The position numbers were made by a program, and so were the translations under genes. A DNA stretch of 32,000 bases, taken from contig JBAZYK010000004.1 of NCBI GenBank assembly GCA_041659405.1, positions 96,852 to 128,851 of the forward strand. Direction: 5' to 3'. The stretch comes from Candidatus Altimarinota bacterium (GTDB taxonomy: Bacteria; Patescibacteriota; Gracilibacteria; UBA1369). Shown in pieces: positions 18,869 through 26,175 of this stretch. Every line of letters begins with the position of its first letter. Positions within the stretch are counted from its first letter, which is position 1. The notes beneath the pieces are model-generated. The model was not told the DNA's origin and did not search any database. It saw nothing but the letters and a program-made list of their open reading frames with translations.

Positions 18869-20158
18869 CCAGTCGAGATTGATGACTTAAGCAAGAGGTC
18901 AGGGGAGACCGTGCAAATGGAAGGTGCTGTTCACAAGATTAGAAGCTTGGGGAATGTAGCTTTTATCGTTATTCGAACTATAAGGGATAAATTACAGGTT
19001 GTTCTGGATGGTGAATCCATGCAATTACTTTCCGGTTTGAAAGAAGGCGATTTTGTAAAATTCAGTGGCGTTGTGGAAGAAAATCCTAAAGCATATAAAG
19101 GGCAGGAAGTTAGAGCAACAGCCATAGATAAGTTAAGTGGAGCAAAGGATGTATTAGAAGTTAATCTTGGGGCAAAAGAGCTTCCAATGAATCTTGAAAC
19201 AAAATTGGATCGTAGGATTTTAACATTAAGGCATTTGCGTGAAAGAGCGGTTTTCAAACTGCAGGAAGGAGTTGGTGTTGCTTTTCGAGAATATCTTTTG
19301 GATCAGAGATTTACCGAAATACATTCGCCCAAAATAGTTGCAGCAGGAGCTGAAGGAGGAGCCAATATATTTAAACTTGATTATTTTGGACGACCTGCTT
19401 TTCTTGCTCAAAGTCCTCAATTTTATAAACAATTTATGGTTCCTGTGTATGGTAGAGTTTTTGAAGTGGGGCCAGTTTTCCGCGCGGAGAAACATGCGAC
19501 TTCGCGTCATATTAACGAATACACATCATTAGATTTTGAAATGGGTTTTATTGATTCTTTTAGAGATGTTATGTCGATGGAAGTTGGTTTTTTGAAATAT
19601 CTTATAGGGGTTTTGGGGCAGAGGTATGGACATGAACTTGAATTGCTTGGCATAAAACTGCCGGATATTAGTAGTGTCCCAGCTATTAAATTCGCTGATG
19701 CTAAGGAACAAGTAGCAAAAAAATATAACAGAAAATACAGAGATCCTTATGATTTAGAACCAGAAGAAGAAAGATTGATCGGAGACATGGTTAAGCAAGA
19801 AACAGGAAGTGATTTCGTATTTCTAACCCATTACCCTAAGGCCAAACGTCCATTTTACACTATGTCGTCTACTGAAGATCCAAATTATACCGAAAGTTTT
19901 GATCTGCTTTTCAAAGGATTAGAAATTACCACTGGTGGTCAACGAATTCATGATTATGACACACAGGTAGAAGCCTTAAGAGCAAAAGGGTTAAATCCAG
20001 ATGACTTTAAGGATTATCTTGAATTACACAAAAATGGCACTCCTCCTCATGGTGGTTGTGGAATTGGACTTGAGAGGTTAACATTAAAACTTTTAGGAGG
20101 AACCAATGTTAGAGAAGCAACGCTCTTCCCAAGAGATTTGAATCGTCTTACTCCTTAA
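18815..20158 (+). CDS. aspS: Archaeal/eukaryal-type (class IIb) aspartyl-tRNA synthetase, catalytically intact, with an extra N-terminal ~20-aa tag
   Basis: OB-fold anticodon-binding start (VQMEGAVHKIRSLGNVAFIVIRTIRDKLQVV). Motif 1 is FTEIHSPKI and the Asp-specific motif is AQSPQFYKQ. Motif 2 is VFRAEKHATSRHINEYTSLDFEM and motif 3 is PPHGGCGIGLERLTLKLLGGTNVREATLFPRDLNRLTP. The 447-aa length fits the short archaeal-type AspRS. Whether it is the housekeeping copy or a paralog cannot be told from this window. Confidence 0.85.
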   Translation: MLEIRDQINLIDDSHITKPVEIDDLSKRSGETVQMEGAVHKIRSLGNVAFIVIRTIRDKLQVVLDGESMQLLSGLKEGDFVKFSGVVEENPKAYKGQEVRATAIDKLSGAKDVLEVNLGAKELPMNLETKLDRRILTLRHLRERAVFKLQEGVGVAFREYLLDQRFTEIHSPKIVAAGAEGGANIFKLDYFGRPAFLAQSPQFYKQFMVPVYGRVFEVGPVFRAEKHATSRHINEYTSLDFEMGFIDSFRDVMSMEVGFLKYLIGVLGQRYGHELELLGIKLPDISSVPAIKFADAKEQVAKKYNRKYRDPYDLEPEEERLIGDMVKQETGSDFVFLTHYPKAKRPFYTMSSTEDPNYTESFDLLFKGLEITTGGQRIHDYDTQVEALRAKGLNPDDFKDYLELHKNGTPPHGGCGIGLERLTLKLLGGTNVREATLFPRDLNRLTP

Positions 20159-20169
20159 AGTGTAAAATT

Positions 20170-20928
20170 ATGTATCGAGAAGGTATTGAAGTGAAAAGGG
20201 ATACAAATGCTGGCATACTCCTCGAATACCCTTCTTGTCTCGAAGTTGTTGAGAAACTCTTTCCTGATAGTTGTGAAAGAATTTATTATCCGAATGACGA
20301 AGATTCTGTTGTTCATGTGAATCGTGAAGGAATAGATGTTGCATTCATTGCAGGACATGGGGCAAGTATCGCAGCGTGCATGGCAGAAAGACTGCGCGTA
20401 TATGGGGCACAAGCATTAGTACGTATTGGAACGTGCGGTGCCCTTTCAAAAACAGTGCGCCTTTGGGAACCGATCATCACTACGGCATGTTTTAGCGACG
20501 AAGGTACTTCGAGACATTATCTTCCCGAAGGATTTCCTATTGTTTCAAATCCAGCATTAAATCTGGCTCTTCGTGAGCATTTTGAAAAAAGCGGGATAAC
20601 TCCGCAAGAAGGCATATCCATTACGACTGACGGAAGATGGCGGGAGGATCCAGGGCTTTTTAAAAAGTTACATGAACTTGGGGTAGTTTCGGTTGAAATG
20701 GAAACTGCAGCCATTCTTGCTGTAGCGCAATATCGAAAACTATTTGGCGCTGCGATTAATATCGCGACAGATTTGCCAGCAGATGTAGAGAGTGAACATG
20801 ATTTTAAGGGGATTCCTGATCGTGAAAACTATGACGAAAATTTTGATAAGAGCTTACGGATAATTATCCCGATAGTTATCGATACGCTTGTTGCCTTTCA
20901 GAGAGTTGTTTTAGCTTCTCATCTATGA
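20170..20928 (+). CDS. Nucleoside phosphorylase/nucleosidase, PNP_UDP_1 (DeoD/Udp/MtnN) superfamily
   Basis: GHGASIAACMAERLRVYGAQALVRIGTCGAL (the GxGxxS...E.L...G...IR.GTCG pattern) and VSVEMETAAILAVA (the EME-x-AA motif). It starts 11 nt after the AspRS stop. Confidence 0.75.
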   Translation: MYREGIEVKRDTNAGILLEYPSCLEVVEKLFPDSCERIYYPNDEDSVVHVNREGIDVAFIAGHGASIAACMAERLRVYGAQALVRIGTCGALSKTVRLWEPIITTACFSDEGTSRHYLPEGFPIVSNPALNLALREHFEKSGITPQEGISITTDGRWREDPGLFKKLHELGVVSVEMETAAILAVAQYRKLFGAAINIATDLPADVESEHDFKGIPDRENYDENFDKSLRIIIPIVIDTLVAFQRVVLASHL

Positions 20929-21560
20929 AAAGAGAATGGAATAACATTTCTGATGATACTGAGACGATGGTATTTACAACCCCTTTGCCAGATGCGCGAA
21001 TTTTATCGTTAGCGCCGCCTGAGTCTTCAAGTGTGCTTGATATAGGTTGTGGTTATGGTCGTGTCTTAAAACATATGTATGAAATGGGATATCGAGATCT
21101 TACTGGGATTGACGTTTCCGATGGACTTATATTAAGAGCTAAACAATTGTGTCCTGATGCCGTCTATCGCATTCAAGATATTGAGAGTATCCAACTTGAA
21201 CAAAAATATGATCTGATTTTAATCATGGGAGTTATTGAATATATTTTGAGTGATGAAAATCAGAAAGAATTTTTTGGTAAAGTGAGTAGAGCTCTTCGCC
21301 CTAATGGACACGTATTATTAGAAACATTTGTTCTTGACCCTACAAATATATGTCAGTACATGGCTGGACTATTGAAAACAGGCCATTTGGGCAGATTTAC
21401 GAATAACAGTAAGGGATTTGAGTGTCATCATCAATCTTATGCAGTTGTAGATAGACTTGTGTCTGAATTTTTTGAGGTAATAATCCGAACTCGCCAAAAA
21501 TTTTTAACCTGGACTGGCTATGAATGTAACGGGTATTCACTTATTCTTCGGGCTAAATAA
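20925..21560 (+). CDS. Class I SAM-dependent methyltransferase
   Basis: Motif I VLDIGCGYGRVL, an acidic loop TGIDVS, and a post-I/II pattern (YDLILIMGVIEYI, LRPNGHVLLE). It has a 4-nt ATGA overlap with the upstream gene. Confidence 0.8.
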   Translation: MKREWNNISDDTETMVFTTPLPDARILSLAPPESSSVLDIGCGYGRVLKHMYEMGYRDLTGIDVSDGLILRAKQLCPDAVYRIQDIESIQLEQKYDLILIMGVIEYILSDENQKEFFGKVSRALRPNGHVLLETFVLDPTNICQYMAGLLKTGHLGRFTNNSKGFECHHQSYAVVDRLVSEFFEVIIRTRQKFLTWTGYECNGYSLILRAK

Positions 21561-21583
21561 TTTTTGTGATATACTTTCAATAT

Positions 21584-21766
21584 ATGATATCTTCGCAACA
21601 CAACTCTTCTCTACGCCAGCTAGAACGTCTAATGCAAGAAAAGGATGAGGAACTGACCCGTCTAGACAATCTTAAAAAAAATGAATTTAGAGATATGCGG
21701 CGATTATCTGAAATAGATATGACGATACAAGAAATAAGGCGTAAAATGATGTTTCACCATGAATAA
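21584..21766 (+). CDS. Small (60 aa from the ATG) charged coiled-coil protein, hypothetical
   Basis: The tracked ORF 21566..21766 starts with GTG; the first ATG is at 21584. Its stop overlaps the HIT gene start by 8 nt (ATGAATAA), which suggests translational coupling. No recognisable motif. Confidence 0.35.
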   Translation: MISSQHNSSLRQLERLMQEKDEELTRLDNLKKNEFRDMRRLSEIDMTIQEIRRKMMFHHE

Positions 21767-22169
21767 ATGTGTTTTTTGCATTATTGCGCGACGCGAAAAA
21801 TCTGCCAACATTGTGTGGGAAGATGATTATGTGATGGCTTTTTTGGATATTGATCCTATTTCAGATGGTCACACCCTTGTGATTCCAAAAAATCATATTC
21901 GCGATGTAAGTGGGCTAGACGAAAAAACAGGCTCTCACGTGATGAGTGTTGCAAAAATTTTAGCATCCGTTATAGAAAAAACTTTTGGATTCGATGGTAT
22001 CGAAATCAGAGCTGTAAGTGGACATTTCCAAGATGTTCCTCATTTTCATTTGCACGTTTTTGGCAGAAATAAGATAAATGACATAAAGATTATATATCCT
22101 AAAGGAATCAATAACTCTCCCGAATATTTGGCTAAAAACGCTAAAAAAATCAAGGATGAATTGAAGTAA
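21759..22169 (+). CDS. HIT (histidine triad) family nucleotide hydrolase/phosphoramidase, Hint branch
   Basis: CVFCIIARRE N-terminus, DGHTLVIPKNH, and the histidine triad VPHFHLHVFGR. 136 aa. Confidence 0.9.
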   Translation: MNKCVFCIIARREKSANIVWEDDYVMAFLDIDPISDGHTLVIPKNHIRDVSGLDEKTGSHVMSVAKILASVIEKTFGFDGIEIRAVSGHFQDVPHFHLHVFGRNKINDIKIIYPKGINNSPEYLAKNAKKIKDELK

Positions 22170-22176
22170 AATTTTA

Positions 22177-23175
22177 CTATACGATCTTTGGTAATTTCTT
22201 TCCATTCCTATAAGAGTCAACTAAATCTGTATAATCTGATTTTTTATTCCCCTGTTTACTTGGACTAAAAGCAGTTAGATATCTGTTTCCAGAATCTGGA
22301 CATAAAACAACTAAATTTTTTCCAGTAAGCCCGTTATCGTCTACAAACTGTTTTGCCGCTGCCACTGCCAATCCGCTAGAGCCTCCAATGTAAATTCCAG
22401 TTTCAGTTATTAGATTTTCTATTTCCATCAATGCTAGTGCATCCCGTACTTCCACTACATTTGCGAGAATATCCAAATTTAAGTTTTTAGGGATGAAATC
22501 TTCACCAACACCTTCTATTGCAGTTACCACGTTTCTACTCTCATTTATTCCATGAAATTTTGTGTAGTAAACTCCTGAATCTGGAGTTACTCCTACAACT
22601 TTCGTAGGAAGATCTTCATCTTTAAAATACTGTGCAACGCCGGAGGCCGTCCCTCCAGTTCCCATAGGACTAAATACATAATCTGCATTTGGAACATTGT
22701 TATGTATTTCAGGGCCGGTCGTTTTTTTATGAGCTTCTGGATTTAAAGGATTATTAAATTGATCTATGAAAATCGAATCACGAGTATTTTGTGCAATGAT
22801 TTCAGCGAAACCTCTAAAACCCAATGGGGATTCTGAATGTACGGATTCATCCACCATAATCAATTCTATTCCGTATCTTTGTAAAAGCTTAACCTTATCA
22901 GGACTAGTTTTGGATGTTATTATTAGCACTAATCTAAATCCATAAATTTTTGAAGCCATAGCCAGTCCAATTGCCAAATTACCACTGCTATATTCAACTA
23001 CTGTTCGTCCGCGTAAACCTATTTTTTTATCTAATGAATTACATACATGAAAAGCAACACGATCTTTTATAGACAAACCTGGATTCGCTCCTTCAAGTTT
23101 TAAATGTAGGCGATTGTCTTTATAAGGTATTTCAACGATTGGAGTATTACCAACCAAATTTTCCGCATTACGCAT
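22177..23175 (-). CDS. PLP-dependent beta-replacement enzyme of the cysteine synthase / CBS (fold type II) family
   Basis: PLP-lysine motif NPGLSIKDRVAFH, phosphate-loop SPMGTGGTASGVAQYF, and the overall CysK/CysM layout. 332 aa. It starts 2 nt after the upstream PP-loop gene stop. Confidence 0.85.
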   Translation of the reverse strand: MRNAENLVGNTPIVEIPYKDNRLHLKLEGANPGLSIKDRVAFHVCNSLDKKIGLRGRTVVEYSSGNLAIGLAMASKIYGFRLVLIITSKTSPDKVKLLQRYGIELIMVDESVHSESPLGFRGFAEIIAQNTRDSIFIDQFNNPLNPEAHKKTTGPEIHNNVPNADYVFSPMGTGGTASGVAQYFKDEDLPTKVVGVTPDSGVYYTKFHGINESRNVVTAIEGVGEDFIPKNLNLDILANVVEVRDALALMEIENLITETGIYIGGSSGLAVAAAKQFVDDNGLTGKNLVVLCPDSGNRYLTAFSPSKQGNKKSDYTDLVDSYRNGKKLPKIV

Positions 23176-23177
23176 AG

Positions 23178-24647
23178 CTATTTTTTGTTAAAAAAACGTC
23201 TAAAAAGTAAAGAATCTGGGACTTCTAAGCGCGGTCCATCACAAACACGTTGATATATCCAGCCTAAACCATCAACAAATTGCGGAATTTCTCCATGAGA
23301 AGCTATCGTCGGAACCCTGCGTCCAAAATATTGTTCATACGGCATTACTCTATCGTCATCATTTAAATGATCTGCTGGCAAAGCAGAATAATCAACTCCC
23401 AATTTTGCACTCATTTTTTCCCTGTCACCAACAAAATTTAATGACTGATCAGTATTTGAGCTATCAACTGTTTGATATCTACCCGAGTATCTCTGGTCAA
23501 GATATTCTGCAACTTTTGGATTGAAAGGCAGTTCTTTGGAGAAAAGTTGACTTTCTGCAATAACGTCTTTCCCATATTTAGCTACAAGCTTGTCGTATAA
23601 TGGATTTCCAAATAAATAACCTGGTGTATCAATTACTTGAGGCATTTCTCTAAGATACTCGTATCCTTTTAAATGCATTGCAGTACTTGCGAGTTTTATA
23701 CGTTGACATTTGTCGCAATATCCACAATCAGAGGCATTTTCGCTATTCCAGCATGATACGCGAGATTCAAGTGCTGCAAGTCCGAATTTACGTCGTATGT
23801 ATTCAAATACTGAATATGTGCTTAAGGTGGCAAGAGGGTAAGTAAAACTTACCGATGGTCCCAATAATGATTCCAAATACTTTTGATGCAATTCCATTGC
23901 CATCGGACTCTCATAAGGAGCTCTTCTTCGATTTGAATTAAATCCCAAAACATCAAATGAATGACCAATTGCAATGTGTTGAGGAACTCTATCTTCGACG
24001 TTCCATAAAGATGCAAAGTATGTCATTGAAATATCAAATGGCTCATATCTACCATCAAGTCCATTCCTACAAACATCGTGCTCATAAGTAGAATAATCAG
24101 CATTATCAGTAGGGTTCTTCTTATCATAATCAATTTTGTAGTCGCGAAGATCAAACCCGCATGCTTTTAATATTTCAGCTGATACAAAAGAGTCTCTTCC
24201 TCCGCTATTTCCAATTACAATTTGATTTGGAACAGCAGTGACCGGGTCTGGATGTAATTCCGTCAATGTCCTCGCGGTCACAAGTGGTGGACGAGCATCA
24301 TCCAGCGAACCAATGACCCCCGAACTGAGACGGCCGATAAATTCAAAAGATCTAGGATCTAAATCAAAATCTAAATTGATTATCATGGATTGACGAAATT
24401 TGCCAATCATCGCGGCAATAAGTGCAGATTTTATTATTTCAAGACCAACCTCTGTTGGCTTCTCTTTTGCAGTAAATCCAATTACCGATAAAATTTTACT
24501 TTGTATATCACTAGCTCTAAGTACAGCGGAATTTTGTGCGTGTTCAAATTCGCAATTAATTATTGCATCTGAACTGACTTCACTACCTTGTTTATTGGTT
24601 ATACGATTATCGTCGATTAAGTTTACCTGGTCTCTTATTTCTAACAT
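23178..24647 (-). CDS. PP-loop ATP pyrophosphatase, QueC/ExsB-like, with C-terminal Cys cluster and large extra N- and C-terminal regions
   Basis: SGGxDS PP-loop (IVIGNSGGRDSFVSAEIL). SCWNSENASDCGYCDKCQRIKL resembles the QueC zinc-binding CxxCxxC tail. At 489 aa it is about twice the size of canonical QueC. The N-terminal MLEIRDQVNLIDDNRIT is shared with the AspRS-like protein. Confidence 0.7.
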   Translation of the reverse strand: MLEIRDQVNLIDDNRITNKQGSEVSSDAIINCEFEHAQNSAVLRASDIQSKILSVIGFTAKEKPTEVGLEIIKSALIAAMIGKFRQSMIINLDFDLDPRSFEFIGRLSSGVIGSLDDARPPLVTARTLTELHPDPVTAVPNQIVIGNSGGRDSFVSAEILKACGFDLRDYKIDYDKKNPTDNADYSTYEHDVCRNGLDGRYEPFDISMTYFASLWNVEDRVPQHIAIGHSFDVLGFNSNRRRAPYESPMAMELHQKYLESLLGPSVSFTYPLATLSTYSVFEYIRRKFGLAALESRVSCWNSENASDCGYCDKCQRIKLASTAMHLKGYEYLREMPQVIDTPGYLFGNPLYDKLVAKYGKDVIAESQLFSKELPFNPKVAEYLDQRYSGRYQTVDSSNTDQSLNFVGDREKMSAKLGVDYSALPADHLNDDDRVMPYEQYFGRRVPTIASHGEIPQFVDGLGWIYQRVCDGPRLEVPDSLLFRRFFNKK

Positions 24648-24732
24648 AAATGGCGCTTGGCGCTTAATGATGAGGAGGGTTATCCTACCAATATCTTTTT
24701 AAAGATGCAAGGCTCTTTTACACAAAAACGGG
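24594..24732. repeat. Core inverted repeat, right arm (promoter + leader + ATG + first ~18 codons of the PP-loop gene)
   Basis: Its reverse complement aligns with 18739-18868 (see the left arm). It contains a 7-nt tandem duplication AAGCGCC AAGCGCC in the leader that is absent on the left. Confidence 0.92.
24682..24710 (-). promoter_or_regulatory. Putative promoter of the minus-strand island operon (mirror of 18759-18787)
   Basis: On the minus strand: TTGCAT (24710-24705), a 17-nt spacer, then TAGGAT (24687-24682). The sequence is identical to the left-arm element. Confidence 0.4.
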
Positions 24733-24978
24733 ATCATACGTTTTCCACAGATCAGTAGTTTTTTATTATGCGAACAAAAGTACACAACAACACAATTCTG
24801 GAAGGATTTAGCAAAATTCATTTTGGCTTGCAGGTGCGGACTTTTGACCATTTTCGCCTTCACTGGAAGGAATTCCCCACAATTTTTAGCACTCGTTAGT
24901 GTGCATTTACAAAGAAATTTTCCCGAGTTTTGATTTGAAATTATTTCAAAGAAAAAAGCGTATGACCCCAAAAATATC

Positions 24979-25010
24979 CTGCGCTGCCTGCACCAGTTGG
25001 TTCTCAAAAA
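24979..25010. repeat. Outer homology box, right copy
   Basis: Inverted partner of 18627-18659. It abuts the U-run of the tRNA-Lys terminator. Confidence 0.6.
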
Positions 25011-25034
25011 AAACCTCTGTAGGTTAGCCTACAG
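25006..25034 (-). terminator. Rho-independent terminator downstream of tRNA-Lys
   Basis: On the minus strand: CTGTAGG-CTAA-CCTACAG (a 7-bp stem, 25017-25034), followed by AGG and then a U8 run (plus-strand A-run at 25006-25013). Confidence 0.6.
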
Positions 25035-25114
25035 TTCATCTAAAATATATTCTAGCAGAGTTGTATAATCCCTTCAAAAAACCGAAAATTTTCATTTTAA
25101 CGGTATTGAATCCC

Positions 25115-25190
25115 TGGTGGGCTAGATCGGAATCGAACCGATGACCATCTCCTTAAAAGGGAGCTGCTCTACCGACTGAGCTACTAGCCC
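25115..25190 (-). tRNA. tRNA-Lys (anticodon UUU), CCA encoded
   Basis: The 76-nt reverse complement GGGCTAGTAGCTCAGTCGGTAGAGCAGCTCCCTTTTAAGGAGATGGTCATCGGTTCGATTCCGATCTAGCCCACCA folds as a cloverleaf. It has a 7-bp acceptor stem, a 4-bp D stem, the anticodon loop CTTTTAA, and a TTCGATT T-loop. There is one G-A mismatch at 27:43. Confidence 0.95.
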
Positions 25191-25379
25191 GCACGTTTAC
25201 CTTTTTGTTCCGCGCTTTATGCTCTGCGCATTTGCCTCACGCCGCACCTTTTTAAAACTCCACCTTGGCATTCCGGCGAAAAGCTTCCACATTTTAGGGA
25301 TGATAGAAGGTTTTTTCAAGGCCATTTTAAAACTGGCCGCCCGATAATCAAATAACATACGCTTTGCTCAAGACCTAAA

Positions 25380-26051
25380 CTAGGCCTTTTTGTGCATCAT
25401 TCCCCTGACAATAAAAAAGAGTCCCGGAAGGAAAAACCAAAAATTGGCATAATCCAGCATGATTTTTATAAACCTTGAACTGTTATAAACATCGTTCAGT
25501 ACACTTGCGGAAACCGCGCTTACCGCAGCCCCACCTGCCGCAACAGCAACATCCGCCGCAGCTCCACCCGTTGCCGCGACAACATTTGCTCCTCCACTCA
25601 CCAATACGGCTCCGGAACTCACGGTCGGCCCAATTAAAGACGCTCCGGATATAAAAACCAAAACGGCACTTATCATCAATCCTCCACTTAAAACTCCCAA
25701 TGTAATCAATTCCGCAAACCGCGCGGACGGAGGGCCATCCACGATCGCTTCAACTTGAAAAAGTCCTCTTACCGCAATCAAAACAACCAAAACCAGCAGA
25801 ATCAAAACTTTAAAGTATGCCACCGCCTGCTGCTCGCTTCCAATCGATAAAAAAGATAAAACCTTCAAAAAACCCTTTAATCCAACAACATACTTGTCAA
25901 AAACATTGCCCAATCCATCCGCACAAAGTATTGCTACATAAGTTCCCAGAATGACTTTTAATGTTTGATTACGGCCTATTATAAAGCTATAGGCTATAAC
26001 CACCGCGAAAAACACAAGTATAAAAAGGTCCCAGGAGAGATGTAAATTCAT
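25380..26051 (-). CDS. Polytopic membrane protein, tentatively CvpA-like
   Basis: The N-terminus SWDLFILVFFAVVIAYSFIIGRNQTLKVILGTYVAILCA resembles the CvpA (colicin V production) family N-terminal pattern. The C-terminal half is rich in Gly and Ala. The functional call is weak. Confidence 0.45.
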   Translation of the reverse strand: MNLHLSWDLFILVFFAVVIAYSFIIGRNQTLKVILGTYVAILCADGLGNVFDKYVVGLKGFLKVLSFLSIGSEQQAVAYFKVLILLVLVVLIAVRGLFQVEAIVDGPPSARFAELITLGVLSGGLMISAVLVFISGASLIGPTVSSGAVLVSGGANVVAATGGAAADVAVAAGGAAVSAVSASVLNDVYNSSRFIKIMLDYANFWFFLPGLFFIVRGMMHKKA

Positions 26052-26175
26052 GAAAAATAAACAAAAATCAACTGGAAGTAATTATAATGGAATTCCCAAT
26101 ATAAGAAAAGAAAATTTTCATTCTGATTTTTATTTCAGTTTTCGCAGTTGAAGTTGATCCCATTTTTTGCACTTT

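Noticed and set aside
22166-22177. Palindrome GTAAAATTTTAC as a bidirectional terminator between the island operons
   Set aside because: It is AT-only, forms at most a 4-5-bp stem once a loop is allowed, and has no flanking U-runs. It is too weak to call a terminator.
24699-25007. 102-aa minus-strand ORF between tRNA-Lys and the PP-loop gene
   Set aside because: It lies entirely in the hairpin-rich leader and spans homology box A. Its Cys/Phe/Lys-rich composition is odd, with no motif and no RBS context. I treat it as non-coding leader sequence.
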